Positions 32,601 to 43,442 of a stretch of 64,000 nt of DNA are shown here, piece after piece. The first letter of the stretch is position 1. Each line of letters opens with the position of its first letter. The notes beneath the pieces are model-generated. The model was not told the DNA's origin, did not search any database, and worked only from the letters and a program-made list of their open reading frames with translations. Both the position numbers and the translations under genes were made by a program. The stretch comes from Leptolyngbyaceae cyanobacterium (GTDB lineage Bacteria; Cyanobacteriota; Cyanobacteriia; Phormidesmidales; Phormidesmidaceae), in the NCBI GenBank assembly GCA_965263355.1, contig CBDHHL010000032.1, positions 2,432,001 through 2,496,000 of the forward strand, in the 5' to 3' direction.

Positions 32601-32949
32601 AAAACTTTTCGCGACCTACATTTTCTCGATTTTTCCCCTGGGCCTTGAGTTCTCGCTCCAAAATAGTCTGGACGGCAATACTGGCGTGGTCAGTGCCGGG
32701 CAACCACAGGGTATTGCGACCATTCATTCGCTGGTAGCGCACGAGGGTATCGATCAGTGCGTTCTCGAAGGCATGCCCCATATGTAGGCTACCGGTGACA
32801 TTTGGCGGTGGAATCACCACGCAAAACGGCTCCCCACCATGGTCCGGATCGGCCTTAAACACAGCATTGTCTTCCCAAGTGGACTGCCACTTGGACTCGG
32901 TCTGGGACGGATCGTACTGGCTCGATAAGTTGGGGACAGGTGTGGTCAT
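29626..32949 (-). CDS. valS: Valine-tRNA ligase with inserted acidic linker and CAAD membrane domain
   Basis: [25 protein letters not shown] and KMSKS; C-terminal coiled coil; inserted hydrophobic hairpin ending [23 protein letters not shown]. Confidence 0.97.
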   Translation of the reverse strand: MTTPVPNLSSQYDPSQTESKWQSTWEDNAVFKADPDHGGEPFCVVIPPPNVTGSLHMGHAFENALIDTLVRYQRMNGRNTLWLPGTDHASIAVQTILERELKAQGKNRENVGREKFLERAWEWKAESGGTIVNQLRKLGVSVDWTRERFTMDEGLSKAVLQAFTKLYEEGLIYRGNYMVNWCPASQSAVSDVEVENKDVDGNLWHFRYPMTDGSGHMEVATTRPETMLGDTAVAVNPEDERYQEMVGKTLTLPLVGREIPIIADSYVDKEFGTGCVKVTPAHDPNDFAMGERHNLPMITIMNKDGSMNENAGRFEGLDRFEARKQVVAALDEVAALVRVEDYQHTVPYSDRGKVPVEPLLSTQWFVKIRPMADNALDALDNHQSPKFVPERWTKVYRDWLVNLRDWCISRQLWWGHQIPAWYAVSQSNGEITDSTPFFVAASEEDAYTKAKEQFGDDVQLRQDPDVLDTWFSSGLWPFSTMGWPDETAKDFQTYYPTTTLVTGFDIIFFWVARMTMMAGHFTDKMPFETVYIHGLVRDEKNQKMSKSKGNGIDPLVLINKYGTDALRYTLIREVAGAGQDIRLDYNRKTDESSSVEASRNFTNKLWNASRFVMMNLGGKTPADLGEPDPAKLELSDKWILSKFNQTTTNTREYLDKYGMGEAAKGLYEFIWGDFCDWYIELVKPRLYGKDEDSKLVAQQTLALVLDGILKLLHPFTPHITEEVWHTLTQADETSYLAIQSYPTVRPELVDAELEKDFDLLIGTIRTIRNLRAAAGVKPSAKIEAILTTDDANEKRILKATQAYLKDAAKVETLTIGGTVTDPAEKQLGVAYTVDDTDKASEAEASDETTETVVASNETNELPEIDWDDKETTGSADEENVDSSDKSETDELPEIDWGDGIEAIQTLLKYPLGYLGQMYNAARKPASVVLLLLLTALGIRLAAAIAAGINTLPPVSRFFQMIGVGYTTWFGGRYLLKASNRRQLWDNTSGLWDEIVGTFSNDDTVPGFEAEGERKLVGIRDTRQMFAGVFGTVQVLIPLTGLVDVDALKQKLEKSLAKVEGEIQAINGRLGNKGFVDKAPEHVVQEARDSLAEAETQATLLRERLAML

Positions 32950-33068
32950 TGCCTTGAGGATGCCTTGTTGGTATGAATCACGTTACTGATTAACTCAATA
33001 ATGTTAGGCCATAACCGGAAAGTCCGGCAGAGCTATCCTGGAGAAGATGCTTTGGTGCAGCGATACCA

Positions 33069-33307
33069 ATGCTGCTCACCCATGATCCCCTTGCCTGTTT
33101 CGCCTCAGCCGAAGATCTACCCGACTCGGACGATACCCCTGTGAATAATGCTCCAAGCAGCGCTATGCAACTCCTGAAGAAGGAGTAGATATTGAAGTTT
33201 CAAAGCGCCAGACTGAAGAATGACAGCGAAAATCAGCTGAGTTCAAAGCTGAAAAGCTGGCCGCTAAGCTGCGTGAACTGGGTATCGACCCAGAAAATTT
33301 TAGTTAG
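33069..33307 (+). pseudogene. Uma2-family endonuclease remnant with internal deletion
   Basis: MLLTHDPLACFASAEDLPDSDDTPVNN (N-terminus) joined out of frame to RYATPEE...(TGA)...KAEKLAAKLRELGIDPENFS (C-terminal tail). Confidence 0.75.
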
Positions 33308-33311
33308 AGAT

Positions 33312-33650
33312 TTAAAGCTGCTCTTCAACTACAGGCGTTTCTGTCACAGCACCTTGCTGAGCTTCTAGTGCTGCCTGCTGACGGCGGTGAAAGTCAGCAG
33401 CAGCTTCGTCAATATTGCGATCAGTTTTCTCCTCAAACTCACCCTGACTGAGGCCATCGGAACGGCGGGCATTGCTTAGTAAGTCTGTAAGGCTAACGCC
33501 GCTGCCACCGAAGACTTCATTGCTGTCAGCATCACCGCCCAAATCATCAAATTCGCCGTTGCTCTGAGCGAATGCGGGAACGGTAACAACACCTAGGATC
33601 AACCCTAGACCCATTACAGAAGCTAATGCGTTTTTAAAGATGCTTGCCAT
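33312..33650 (-). CDS. Hypothetical secreted acidic protein
   Basis: Signal peptide ending PAFA-Q; acidic mature region with NIDEAAADFHRRQQ. Confidence 0.75.
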   Translation of the reverse strand: MASIFKNALASVMGLGLILGVVTVPAFAQSNGEFDDLGGDADSNEVFGGSGVSLTDLLSNARRSDGLSQGEFEEKTDRNIDEAAADFHRRQQAALEAQQGAVTETPVVEEQL

Positions 33651-33903
33651 AGTGAAGGTCGGTGTGAATTTACTTATTATTAGCTATGCCCACAGTCTAG
33701 CAAGACTATTTCTCGTTGAGACACCTGTGGACAGGTTTTTAATTGGTTGGCTTAATGGTTTTCAGGAGAATCGTCCGACAGACTAAATATCGGTAACATT
33801 AGGCCCCAAATGATGGCTGCTAATCTTAAACTTGCCACAACGGCCATACCTAAAACAGCTACACCCAGAAGCTCCAGACTATAAACTGCCACTGGCTAAG
33901 GGG

Positions 33904-34785
33904 TTAAGCAATGCGACGGTTGATCAATGGATAGGTCAAGGCTAACGCGCCACCGCAGAAACCGGCTAGCAGCAATAATGACATTCCCATGGAAATATCA
34001 CCCCAAGGAGCCTGCATAACAACATCGCTAAAGTTCCAGTTGTTATGCAAATAAAGATAACGGATGGGCTCGATAGCATAGCTCAAAGGATTAAGACTGG
34101 CAACGGTGCTCAGCCAGCGGGGCATAAAGGATAGGGGCACCAATGCCGTACTGGCAAATAACAGTGGCAAATTGGTGACAAAAATAACGGCAATTAGCTC
34201 AATGTGGCCGGGGAGAGCAAAAGCGAGTCCCAAACTAAAGGCGGTGACGCCCAGTACCAACATCAGAATAATGGCCATCATTAGGCCCAAACCGGCAATA
34301 TTAGGCAATCCTGCTCCCAGAAACGCACTTAGAACCACAATCGCTGCCGTCTGTACAAAGCTCATAGCGGCAATAAATAGAGCTGAAGCTATGACGATGG
34401 AAAATCGAGATACCAATGGGGCCACTAGTAACCGGTTCAAAAATCCAAACTCGCGATCAAACATCACGGGTAATCCAGCATTTAGGGCTCCCCCAAAAGC
34501 GGTAAATACAATGATGCCAGCGCCAATAAACTGTCCGTAGTTAACGCTATCGCCAAACAGACCCTGGGGAACGTTTTGGAATAGGGCACCAAACAGGATT
34601 AGCCACATCAATGGCTGAATAATGCCAGCAGCTAACGTGGAGGGACGACGCTGTAGCTGAATAAATAGGCGCTTGGTCAAGGCCAAGGTTTCCTGGATAA
34701 ATTCGCTGAGGCCAGGGGATGAGATCGCATCATCCTTCCACTGCTGTAGCTGATTATTCTGAATGCTGGGATAAGAACTACTCAT
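33904..34785 (-). CDS. ABC-2 type exporter permease (Ycf38-like)
   Basis: RLFIQLQRRPSTL, GALNAGLPVMFDREFGFLNRLLVAP and NPLSYAIEPIR. Confidence 0.92.
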   Translation of the reverse strand: MSSSYPSIQNNQLQQWKDDAISSPGLSEFIQETLALTKRLFIQLQRRPSTLAAGIIQPLMWLILFGALFQNVPQGLFGDSVNYGQFIGAGIIVFTAFGGALNAGLPVMFDREFGFLNRLLVAPLVSRFSIVIASALFIAAMSFVQTAAIVVLSAFLGAGLPNIAGLGLMMAIILMLVLGVTAFSLGLAFALPGHIELIAVIFVTNLPLLFASTALVPLSFMPRWLSTVASLNPLSYAIEPIRYLYLHNNWNFSDVVMQAPWGDISMGMSLLLLAGFCGGALALTYPLINRRIA

Positions 34786-34917
34786 GTTGACTAAACGTTC
34801 TGGAAGGTATGGAGTTGGGCTAGGGTTACTAACAAGTTTACTAAGCTAGTTGGTAAACGACATATCAACATGCTATGGGAATAAGAAATAAGGCAATATT
34901 GCCTAGCGTAAATTACC

Positions 34918-35949
34918 TTAGCGTTTCATATTCTGCTGTTTCAGTTCCTTTTTCATGTCTCGCTTGCTAGCCGCCGCCATTTCCGCATCCATAATGGTAC
35001 GTCCGGTTGCGGCTAGGTAAACGTCATCCAGACTGGGTTGCGACTGGGCAATGCCAAAGGTGGGTAACCCAGCCTCCTTAAGGGCTTTTTGCACCGTCAT
35101 CAGAGCGTCAGCTTCAGACTCTACCACTAGGTTTAGGGAATTTCCTTGGGCGCTATTGACAATCACCTCCTGCACCACAGGCAGTTCTTGCAGCATAGTG
35201 CTTGCTTGCTCTGCCTCATCCAGGGACGTAAACTCACGGATGCGTAAGGTAATACGCTCACCGCCCACGTTAGCTTTGAGTTCTGTTGGAGTACCAGCGC
35301 TGATCACCTTACCCTGGTCAATAATGGCCACCCGATTTGCCAGGGCATCCACTTCCTCTAAATAATGGCTAGTAATCAAAATAGTAGTACCCGCTGCCTG
35401 GAGCTGACGCAAAAATCGCCATACAGCTGAGCGACTTTCGATATCAAGGCCCACCGTCGGTTCATCCAGTACTAGCACATCGGGCTGATGCAGTAACCCT
35501 GCCGCTAGGTCCAAACGCTTTTTTAAACCACCGGAGTAGGTACCGGTTTTCTTATCCGCCCAGTCGGTGAGCTCCAATAGCTCGATCATCTGGTCAATGC
35601 GGGTTTTGGCTAGCATAGCCGGCAGATGGTAAATTGCAGCTTGTAGCTCCAGCAGCTCCCGTCCTGTCAGTACCTTATCCAGAGCAACTTCCTGGGCAAT
35701 ATACCCCAGTCGCTGTCGCACTTGCCGGGGCTCGGCTACTACCGATATCCCCATTATTTCCAAGTTGCCTGCATCAGGCAGCGTTAGGGTACACAAGCAG
35801 CGAATTGTTGTGGTTTTGCCTGCCCCATTAGGCCCCAGTAACCCAAAGATTTCTCCAGGCTCAATTTGTAATGAGACATCCTTTACTGCCTGGACATCGC
35901 CATAGCGCTTCTGAAGACCTTCAATGACAACTGCGTACTGCTCCGGCAT
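34918..35949 (-). CDS. ABC exporter ATP-binding protein, DrrA family
   Basis: Walker A GPNGAGKT, signature YSGGLKKRL, Walker B LVLDEPT and C-terminal PSLDDVYL; start placed at MPEQ (track start is 35988). Confidence 0.93.
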   Translation of the reverse strand: MPEQYAVVIEGLQKRYGDVQAVKDVSLQIEPGEIFGLLGPNGAGKTTTIRCLCTLTLPDAGNLEIMGISVVAEPRQVRQRLGYIAQEVALDKVLTGRELLELQAAIYHLPAMLAKTRIDQMIELLELTDWADKKTGTYSGGLKKRLDLAAGLLHQPDVLVLDEPTVGLDIESRSAVWRFLRQLQAAGTTILITSHYLEEVDALANRVAIIDQGKVISAGTPTELKANVGGERITLRIREFTSLDEAEQASTMLQELPVVQEVIVNSAQGNSLNLVVESEADALMTVQKALKEAGLPTFGIAQSQPSLDDVYLAATGRTIMDAEMAAASKRDMKKELKQQNMKR

Positions 35950-36337
35950 TCTGACTCTCCTGAAAACCCAGTTTAAGGGAACTTCCATCTACCTATATTA
36001 GACTCTATCGGAATTAAGACGGTGTAAAATCGACTCAACACCTTATCAAGTAAGCATGGGGATAGCCTTTTTGACAGTTCCCGAAATCCTTGTACATCAA
36101 GAGTTTTACCATTTTCAATTAGGTCTATCGTAGGCTTCAACCAGCGGCAGGCTTACAAGTTAATCAGTGCAAATTCAACCAAGTTTTCTTTGAGTTAGCG
36201 TTGGGCACTCTATGATCGCGTGCACTGTCTAGCTTTGTTAAATTTAAACCTATGCAAACCAGGGGTTGAAAGTTTTTCAGCAAGCAGTGAATTCTTCCCT
36301 TTCGTAGGTATCCAATTGGGATACATTACCTTTGAAT

Positions 36338-37486
36338 ATGCACAAGTTCTATGCCCTGTTCAATTCTTTGGCTGTGAAGGGACTACCCTTCCTGTCAGTT
36401 GCTGGAATTTTGCTATCAGGCTGTCAATTTTCTCAGATATCTCAGCCTGATGTTTCAGATGAACCTGTGCCCATTGACGCAAAGGGTATTGCGCTAGGAA
36501 ATACCTCTGGAATGCGCATTGCTTTTTCTATCTCCTTTATTAAGGATTCTTCTTTCCGGAAGACGATGGTAGAACACTTTGAAAAAACAGCCACTCAAGC
36601 ACAGCAGCAAGGTCTCGTTGAAGGCTTTACTATATTGGATGCGGACCAAGATATCCAAACACAAATTCGACAGATAGAGTCGCTGATTGAGGCAAATTAC
36701 GACGCCATTACAATTTTGCCAGGATCGGCAACGGAATTGAATGATGTGGTTAAAGCTGCCTGTGATGCTGGAATTATTGTTGTTGACTTCAATGCTGAGG
36801 TAACAGAATCCTGTTCCTACACTGTAGGTATGCTCTGGGAACAGTATGGGGCTGTGCAGGGAAGCTATCTTGGCAATCGCCTCGAGCAGGGCAATCTGTT
36901 GGAAGTACGAGGGGCTCCGGGGAATACCTCTGACACGGATATCAGTGCATCTATTCATGCGTCATTAGCGGATTTTCCTCAACTTAAGGTGATTGAATCG
37001 GTGCAGGGCAATTGGTTGCAAGATGTTGCTCAATCAGCTGTAGAAGACGTACTGCCTACATTGCCAGACATTGCTGCAGTGGTGACCCAAGGAGGGGATG
37101 GATATGGTACAGCCTTGGCCTTTGCCGCCAGCGATCGCACCATGCCCATTATCATTATGGGTAACCGCTACGAAGAATTAAAATGGTGGCAAGAACAGCG
37201 AGATACCAATGGCTATCAAACGGTTTCAGCGTCGGCCACACCGAGCATATCGTCGGTGGCTTTTTGGGTTGCCCAGCAAATTTTGGCGGGGAAAGAGGAT
37301 GTACCCAACTATCTTGGGATGCCTATTTTGATTATCGATGAGGAATCTCTGGATCGTTGGCTAGCGATTACATCCGAAGGGGAAGTGGCCACTCCCAATT
37401 ACACCCAAGAGTGGACAGTCAAGCTGATTGACGCCCAAAATCAGGATGCTCCAATCCCACTGCCTCCTCTGCCTGACGAGTTTTAA
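36338..37486 (+). CDS. Lipoprotein periplasmic solute-binding protein, sugar-binding class I type (SBP1)
   Basis: Lipobox [14 protein letters not shown]...[21 protein letters not shown] and [10 protein letters not shown]. Confidence 0.85.
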   Translation: MHKFYALFNSLAVKGLPFLSVAGILLSGCQFSQISQPDVSDEPVPIDAKGIALGNTSGMRIAFSISFIKDSSFRKTMVEHFEKTATQAQQQGLVEGFTILDADQDIQTQIRQIESLIEANYDAITILPGSATELNDVVKAACDAGIIVVDFNAEVTESCSYTVGMLWEQYGAVQGSYLGNRLEQGNLLEVRGAPGNTSDTDISASIHASLADFPQLKVIESVQGNWLQDVAQSAVEDVLPTLPDIAAVVTQGGDGYGTALAFAASDRTMPIIIMGNRYEELKWWQEQRDTNGYQTVSASATPSISSVAFWVAQQILAGKEDVPNYLGMPILIIDEESLDRWLAITSEGEVATPNYTQEWTVKLIDAQNQDAPIPLPPLPDEF

Positions 37487-37571
37487 TCTTTGTTTCATAA
37501 ATCCGCTTCGTTTGTGTTCAGAAAAGTCTACAGGTCTAAAGAGTGAGTGTGTTTTAGCTAGGTATAGACGT

Positions 37572-40304
37572 ATGCCCAATTCACCAGACTTCCTCCGACC
37601 ATTACCATGGGCAAAGATCTGGCTCAGCTCTCTCAAAGGGCAGCTGTTAGTTGCATTGACAGGAGTAACCGTACTGTCGCTTACGGCTGTTGTCGGTATT
37701 GTGATCTGGGAAACGCGCAGAATTCTTACGAACCAAAAAGGGACGTCTTTTGAGGCCCTTGCCACGTTTGGCAGTCAACGGTTAGAGGGCGAACTGGCTC
37801 GGGAAATTGATCTCCTTAAAAATCTATCTGGAGAAAACTCCTTCTTTTATGAGGTGTTTAGTCGAAGTCAGGAGGATGCAAGTGTCTTTAGCGATCGCAT
37901 CATACAACAACGAGAAAAGGCGTGGAGTGAGGGCGATGAAGCCTTACAAGTTAAGATCCGAAGTCACCCGGCCTCTATCCATCTAGAGCGTTTTTCTCGT
38001 AAGTTTCCTGCTCACATCGAACTGATCTATACGGATCGCTTTGGTGCATTAGTCGCTTCTGGTGGCAATCGTCCTGAACACTATTCCTACGCAGGCCAAC
38101 CCTGGTGGCAGAACGCCTGGAATGGTGGAGAAGGTCGTATTTATATTCACCAGTTACCCATTTCTGCAGAACAATCTGAGACCTTAATCGAGCTGGCGGT
38201 ACCTGTTCGTCTTTTGGAAAATCAAACTGCTCAGGGAGTATTGCGATCGCGCTTTTTGCTTAGTGATCTCAATGTGTTTAAGGACTTTTCCACACTGTCT
38301 GAAATTGGCGGTGTTGTTCTCTTGGATAAAGAGGGCAACATTCTTCACAACTCCAATCGAACCCACATTGGCAAAAAAATTCGTGGTGAAACGCTTACTT
38401 CGTTGCGGCAAAATGCAACAGGGTGGCAACAATCCCGAGATGTAGCTGGCGACAAAACCATTAGCGGCTACGCCCAACTTAAGCCTTCGGCTAAACAAGC
38501 TTATCTTGCCCCCCTAGAATGGACGTTGATGGTTGAACAATCTATATACATTGCCCTAGCTACGGCGAATCGCCTGTCTTTGGTCGCTCTGCTAGGCGGT
38601 ATAGGAACGTTAATGGTTGCTTTGTGGATGAGTCATCACACTGCTCAACGATTTACTCGACCTATTCAATCGCTTACCCAAACTGCCTCATCTATGGCTG
38701 CAGGAGAGTTAGCATGTCAAGCTCCAATGGTGGGTGCTAGAGAATTTCAAACCTTGGCTAAGGCATTCAACAGCATGACAGCCCAGCTACAACAGTCTAT
38801 CGCCACCCTGGAGCAACGGGTACAAGAGCGTACAAAGGAATTGACAGTCGCAAAGGAGCAGGCCGATGCCGCTAACCAGGCCAAAAGCGATTTCTTGGCC
38901 AACGTAAGCCATGAGTTCCGCACGCCCCTCAACGGCATCCTCGGCTATGCTCAAATTCTAGAGCGTTCCGAATCATTGGCTCCTAGGACAAGGGACGGCA
39001 TCGCTATTATCTATCAGTGTGGTGCCCATTTACTCACATTGATAAATGATATTTTAGACATTGCCAAAATTGAAGCTCGAAAGTTGGAGCTGGAGCCAAA
39101 ACCACTGTACCTGCCATTTTTACTTCAGAGTGTGGTGGAAATGTTTCAACTGAAGGCAAACGATAAAGGCATTGAGTTTATCTATCGGCCTAGTTCTCAA
39201 TTACCAGAGAGTATCGCAGCCGATGAAAAGCGACTCCGACAAGTGTTGATCAATCTACTGGGCAATGCCATTAAGTTTACAGACCAGGGAACAGTAAAAT
39301 TTCAAGTTGATGTGATGGCGCTATCTGAGAAAAGTGCTTTATTTCTGTTTCAAATCACTGATACTGGCTTAGGCATTGCCAAAAACGATCTTGCCAAGCT
39401 ATTTGAAGCATTTGAACAGGTAGGCGATCAGAAAAAACGATCAGAAGGAACCGGTCTGGGCTTAACCATCAGTCAGCGTATTGTAAAGTTGATGGGAGGT
39501 ACGATCCAGGTCCAGAGTGAATTAGGCAAAGGGAGCAAGTTTTACTTTACGGTTGAGCTGCCCCTACTTGTATCAAATTGGTCTGAGCAACCGAGAAATC
39601 TAGTGGCGAAAGATCTCATTGTTGGCTATGAAGGTCAATGCTACAAAATTCTAGTAGTTGATGATTGTTGGGAGAATCGAGCTGTTATCCAAAATCTTTT
39701 GGTTCCCCTAGGCTTTGAGATTATAGAAGCAGAAAATGGCCAAGAAGGGCTAGAACGAAGTCTTTTTAACCAGCCTGACCTTATAATTACCGATTTAGCT
39801 ATGCCGGTGATGGACGGGGTTAAGTTTTTGCAGCATATTCGCGAGTCAGACGAGTTAAAACACACTCGTGTAATTGTGTCGTCTGCTTCGGTAGCACAGG
39901 AGGATCAACGCATGGCTTTGGATAGCGGGGGAGATGACTTTTTAGCAAAACCTGTTGACGCTCATGCCCTATTCACCTCATTGGCAAATCAGCTTCAGCT
40001 AACCTGGATTTATGCAGATGAAGAAAAGCCCGTAGTAGTGTCTGAGCAGCTTCCTACCAAAATAATCTTGCCACCACGTCAAGTTCTAGAAGCACTGCTT
40101 GAGTCAGCCCAGGAGGCCAATATAAAAGCTCTCCGAGAACAGCTCACGAAGTTGACAGAATCTGATCAAGCATATGCGCCCTTTGCTGAACCTATTTTGC
40201 AACTCAGCCGACAATTTGCGGCTGAAGAAATAGAGGCATTACTCCAAAATCATCTGGCGGGGGAATTGCCCCATGCCAAAAAGAAATTAGAGGTTAGTGA
40301 TTGA
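37572..40304 (+). CDS. Hybrid sensor kinase HK1 (TM-Cache-like-TM-HAMP-HisKA-HATPase-REC)
   Basis: Two TM helices, WWQNAWN Cache-type motif, [31 protein letters not shown] and REC ITDLAMP; start placed at ATG 37572. Confidence 0.92.
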   Translation: MPNSPDFLRPLPWAKIWLSSLKGQLLVALTGVTVLSLTAVVGIVIWETRRILTNQKGTSFEALATFGSQRLEGELAREIDLLKNLSGENSFFYEVFSRSQEDASVFSDRIIQQREKAWSEGDEALQVKIRSHPASIHLERFSRKFPAHIELIYTDRFGALVASGGNRPEHYSYAGQPWWQNAWNGGEGRIYIHQLPISAEQSETLIELAVPVRLLENQTAQGVLRSRFLLSDLNVFKDFSTLSEIGGVVLLDKEGNILHNSNRTHIGKKIRGETLTSLRQNATGWQQSRDVAGDKTISGYAQLKPSAKQAYLAPLEWTLMVEQSIYIALATANRLSLVALLGGIGTLMVALWMSHHTAQRFTRPIQSLTQTASSMAAGELACQAPMVGAREFQTLAKAFNSMTAQLQQSIATLEQRVQERTKELTVAKEQADAANQAKSDFLANVSHEFRTPLNGILGYAQILERSESLAPRTRDGIAIIYQCGAHLLTLINDILDIAKIEARKLELEPKPLYLPFLLQSVVEMFQLKANDKGIEFIYRPSSQLPESIAADEKRLRQVLINLLGNAIKFTDQGTVKFQVDVMALSEKSALFLFQITDTGLGIAKNDLAKLFEAFEQVGDQKKRSEGTGLGLTISQRIVKLMGGTIQVQSELGKGSKFYFTVELPLLVSNWSEQPRNLVAKDLIVGYEGQCYKILVVDDCWENRAVIQNLLVPLGFEIIEAENGQEGLERSLFNQPDLIITDLAMPVMDGVKFLQHIRESDELKHTRVIVSSASVAQEDQRMALDSGGDDFLAKPVDAHALFTSLANQLQLTWIYADEEKPVVVSEQLPTKIILPPRQVLEALLESAQEANIKALREQLTKLTESDQAYAPFAEPILQLSRQFAAEEIEALLQNHLAGELPHAKKKLEVSD

Positions 40305-40538
40305 GGCTCTTACTTGATACTTTTTGTAGTCTTGAGCTGAAAGCTAAGACTTAGAATCAGCCATGGTTCTCTACCAGACTTTAAAGTCTGATTCATAGCA
40401 GGATTCTGTGTAGCCTTATCATTCTCCGGGTATTCTATTTTTATGTAAATGCACTTTATGTAAATACATTAAGGGCCAGCTGTCAGTTGCCAAAAGGTTC
40501 TGAGACTATACGCTTCTAAACTGGTTAAAAATGAACCC

Positions 40539-43352
40539 ATGCAAATAGTTATCTCGTTTTTTAGCCAGCTCTTAACACGTGTTAATTATCGGAAATCCTT
40601 AAGCATTAGCACTCTATTAAACATGGCAGTGCGTTTGATGCTAGTTGTTTTAGCAATTTCTGGTATCAGCTATCTGCATTTGATGCACCAGTTATCCCAG
40701 GACACTGAGGAACGGCTGTCCAAATACATTACTGAACGTAGCAAGCGCGAAGAAGAAATTTTTGTCCTAGCCGAAGATAATCATGCCTTGTTGCGTCAGG
40801 ACTTCCTCAAGCAATTCAATACAGATACGTCCATTGATTGGTGCGATCGCTTTCAGGATTACTTTGATACCTGGTCCGACGGGACAGTACGTAATGTTCC
40901 TGAGGGAACCTCATCCCAAGCCTTTGATACAGAGGCCCATCCCACTGCATTTTTAGAACGTAATCTAGACTTAACCACCGATCTATACAAGCGGATGGTG
41001 TTGTCCTACGAACTTGTAGACAGGTACGGATCTGGCTGGCGCAATCGTTTTTTAGACACTTACATTAGTTTGCCGGAAGGAGCTAATACGGTTCTTTGGC
41101 CAGGTGCAGCCTGGGGAATTGAAGCCGCTGTTGATCTCCACATAGCCGATGAAGAATGGGCCTACTTAGGCGAGCATATTCATAATCCTGAACGTAAAAC
41201 CCTGTGGACTGGAGTTTACGCTGATCCAGTCATTCAAGATTGGATGGTATCTGCCGAAACCCCCATTGATGACGCCAATGGTCGCCACCTGGCGACCATC
41301 GGTCACGATATTATTCTAACTAATCTGTTTGAACGCACTATTAATGACCACTTAGAGGGAGCCTATAATCTGATTATTCGGAAGGATGGTCAATTAGTAG
41401 CTCACCCCAATTGGATGGAACAAATTCGGGCAGCAGGGGGGAGACTTGATGTTCAACAATCTGGAGATGACCACTTAGAAAGATTGTTTAAATTTGCCCA
41501 GCAAAGTCAGACTGTTGGACCAGTTTCTTATAACCGTCAAGATCGAGAGTATTTAGCAATTGCCCAACTGCGTGGACCAGGCTGGTATCTAATCACCGTT
41601 TATCCTGAAACTCTTCTCCAGGAGGAAGCTTTTGAATTAGCCAGGTTTGTATTGTTATTAGGTGTGTTCTCTCTTATTTTAGAGATAATTCTTTTGTACT
41701 TTGTGCTGCGGCAGAAAATAGCTACACCTCTAGAAAACCTGAGGGATGCCACCCAAAAATTATCCACAGGTGAATTTGATGTGCAACTGGATACCGAAAG
41801 GCAGGATGAATTGGGCCAATTAGCATTAGCCTTTACCCAGATGACCCAACAATTGCAAACTGCCTTTAGTACGTTAGAAAAACGGGTTGAAGAACGCACA
41901 GCGGAGTTAAAACAGGCAATCCTCAGAGCTGATCAGGCTAACCAGGCCAAGAGTGAGTTTTTGGCAAATATGAGTCACGAGTTGCGCACACCACTCAATG
42001 GAATTCTGGGCTATACCCAAATTTTAGATCGAAATCAAATACTGGATCGCAAAACACAACAAGGACTTGACGTTATTCATCAGTGTGGCGTTCACCTGCT
42101 AACATTGATTAATGATATTTTAGATCTTGCTAAAATCGAAGCCCGAAAATTAGAGCTTGCACCGACGCCCCTCCATCTACCTTCTCTGATACAGAGCGTT
42201 GTGGAAATGTGCAAGCTCAAGGCAGAGCAAAAGGGGATCGAGTTTATCTATCGGCCCAGTGCCCAAGTACCAGAGGGTGTATCCGCTGACGAGAAGCGAC
42301 TGCGACAGGTATTGATTAATCTCCTGGGGAATGCCATCAAATTTACTGACCAGGGTTCGGTCACGCTACAGGTGGATGTACTGTCGCTGTCGACAACAAA
42401 CGCTTCGATTTTATTTCAAATTATCGATACAGGGGTGGGTATTGCTGAAGAGAATCTCGCTAAGTTATTTGAAGCTTTTGAGCAAGTTGGTGATCAAAAA
42501 AAACAATCAGAAGGTACTGGTCTTGGCCTATCGATTAGCCAACGGATTGTGACGTTAATGGGAGGAACTATTGAAGTCAAGAGTGAATTAGGTAAGGGCA
42601 GTGAGTTTTTCTTTGTTGTTGATTTGCTACTGGCACCGGATTGGTCCGAACAACAGGTTACATTAGGTAATAGAGATCGCATCATTGATTATGAAGGCAA
42701 GCGTCGCCGCATCTTGGTAGTTGACGATCGCTGGGAGAATCGAGCCGTTATTCAAGGTTTGTTGGCTCCTCTCAGATTTGAAATTATCGAAGCAGAAAAT
42801 GGACGGAAAGGTTTAGAGCAATTACAGATAAACTCACCTGATCTGGTAATTACTGATCTGGCCATGCCAGTCATGGACGGTTTTAAATTTTTACAGCATA
42901 TTCGCAGTACAGATGACTTTAAATCCATTCGTGTAATTGTCTCTTCTGCTTCAGTGGGACAGGAGGACCAGCGTATGGCATTGGACCATGGAGGAGATGA
43001 TTTTCTAGCCAAACCTGTCAATGCCAGTGAGTTATTTGCTTCGCTGGCAAATCAACTTCAGCTAACATGGCTCTATAAAACTGACGATAGTGCAGAAACA
43101 AGTTCTAAGAAATTGTCTATTGAAGTATCGATACCACCCTACTCAGTTCTGGAAGAACTTCTAAAATCTGCCCAGGAAGCTGATATGAAAACTCTCAGGG
43201 CACAGCTTACAGAGTTAATCGCATCTGATCAGGCTTATATTCCTTTTACAGAACCTATTTTGCAACTCAGCCGACAATTTGAGGCCGAGGAAATAGAGGC
43301 ATTACTCCAAAATTTTCTAGCAAGGGAATTGCCCCATGCCCAAATGAAATAA
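40539..43352 (+). CDS. Hybrid sensor kinase HK2 (TM-dCache-like-TM-HAMP-HisKA-HATPase-REC)
   Basis: WTGVYADP...WMVSAETP and LVAHP Cache motifs, HAMP DELGQLA, SHELRTPLNGI and REC. Confidence 0.93.
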   Translation: MQIVISFFSQLLTRVNYRKSLSISTLLNMAVRLMLVVLAISGISYLHLMHQLSQDTEERLSKYITERSKREEEIFVLAEDNHALLRQDFLKQFNTDTSIDWCDRFQDYFDTWSDGTVRNVPEGTSSQAFDTEAHPTAFLERNLDLTTDLYKRMVLSYELVDRYGSGWRNRFLDTYISLPEGANTVLWPGAAWGIEAAVDLHIADEEWAYLGEHIHNPERKTLWTGVYADPVIQDWMVSAETPIDDANGRHLATIGHDIILTNLFERTINDHLEGAYNLIIRKDGQLVAHPNWMEQIRAAGGRLDVQQSGDDHLERLFKFAQQSQTVGPVSYNRQDREYLAIAQLRGPGWYLITVYPETLLQEEAFELARFVLLLGVFSLILEIILLYFVLRQKIATPLENLRDATQKLSTGEFDVQLDTERQDELGQLALAFTQMTQQLQTAFSTLEKRVEERTAELKQAILRADQANQAKSEFLANMSHELRTPLNGILGYTQILDRNQILDRKTQQGLDVIHQCGVHLLTLINDILDLAKIEARKLELAPTPLHLPSLIQSVVEMCKLKAEQKGIEFIYRPSAQVPEGVSADEKRLRQVLINLLGNAIKFTDQGSVTLQVDVLSLSTTNASILFQIIDTGVGIAEENLAKLFEAFEQVGDQKKQSEGTGLGLSISQRIVTLMGGTIEVKSELGKGSEFFFVVDLLLAPDWSEQQVTLGNRDRIIDYEGKRRRILVVDDRWENRAVIQGLLAPLRFEIIEAENGRKGLEQLQINSPDLVITDLAMPVMDGFKFLQHIRSTDDFKSIRVIVSSASVGQEDQRMALDHGGDDFLAKPVNASELFASLANQLQLTWLYKTDDSAETSSKKLSIEVSIPPYSVLEELLKSAQEADMKTLRAQLTELIASDQAYIPFTEPILQLSRQFEAEEIEALLQNFLARELPHAQMK

Positions 43353-43442
43353 GAGGATAGTGATTGATGACTATCTATTGATAAAATCTGTATCGTTTTG
43401 GTCTCTACTGCACATCGCTTATATATCAAGACTGGGCATTCT

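Noticed and set aside
30144..32989. Plus-strand ORFs overlapping valS
   Set aside because: Antisense shadows of a conserved housekeeping gene
33904..35949. ABC pair as the transporter for the three SBPs
   Set aside because: It is an ABC-2/DrrAB-type exporter on the opposite strand, and this class does not use SBPs
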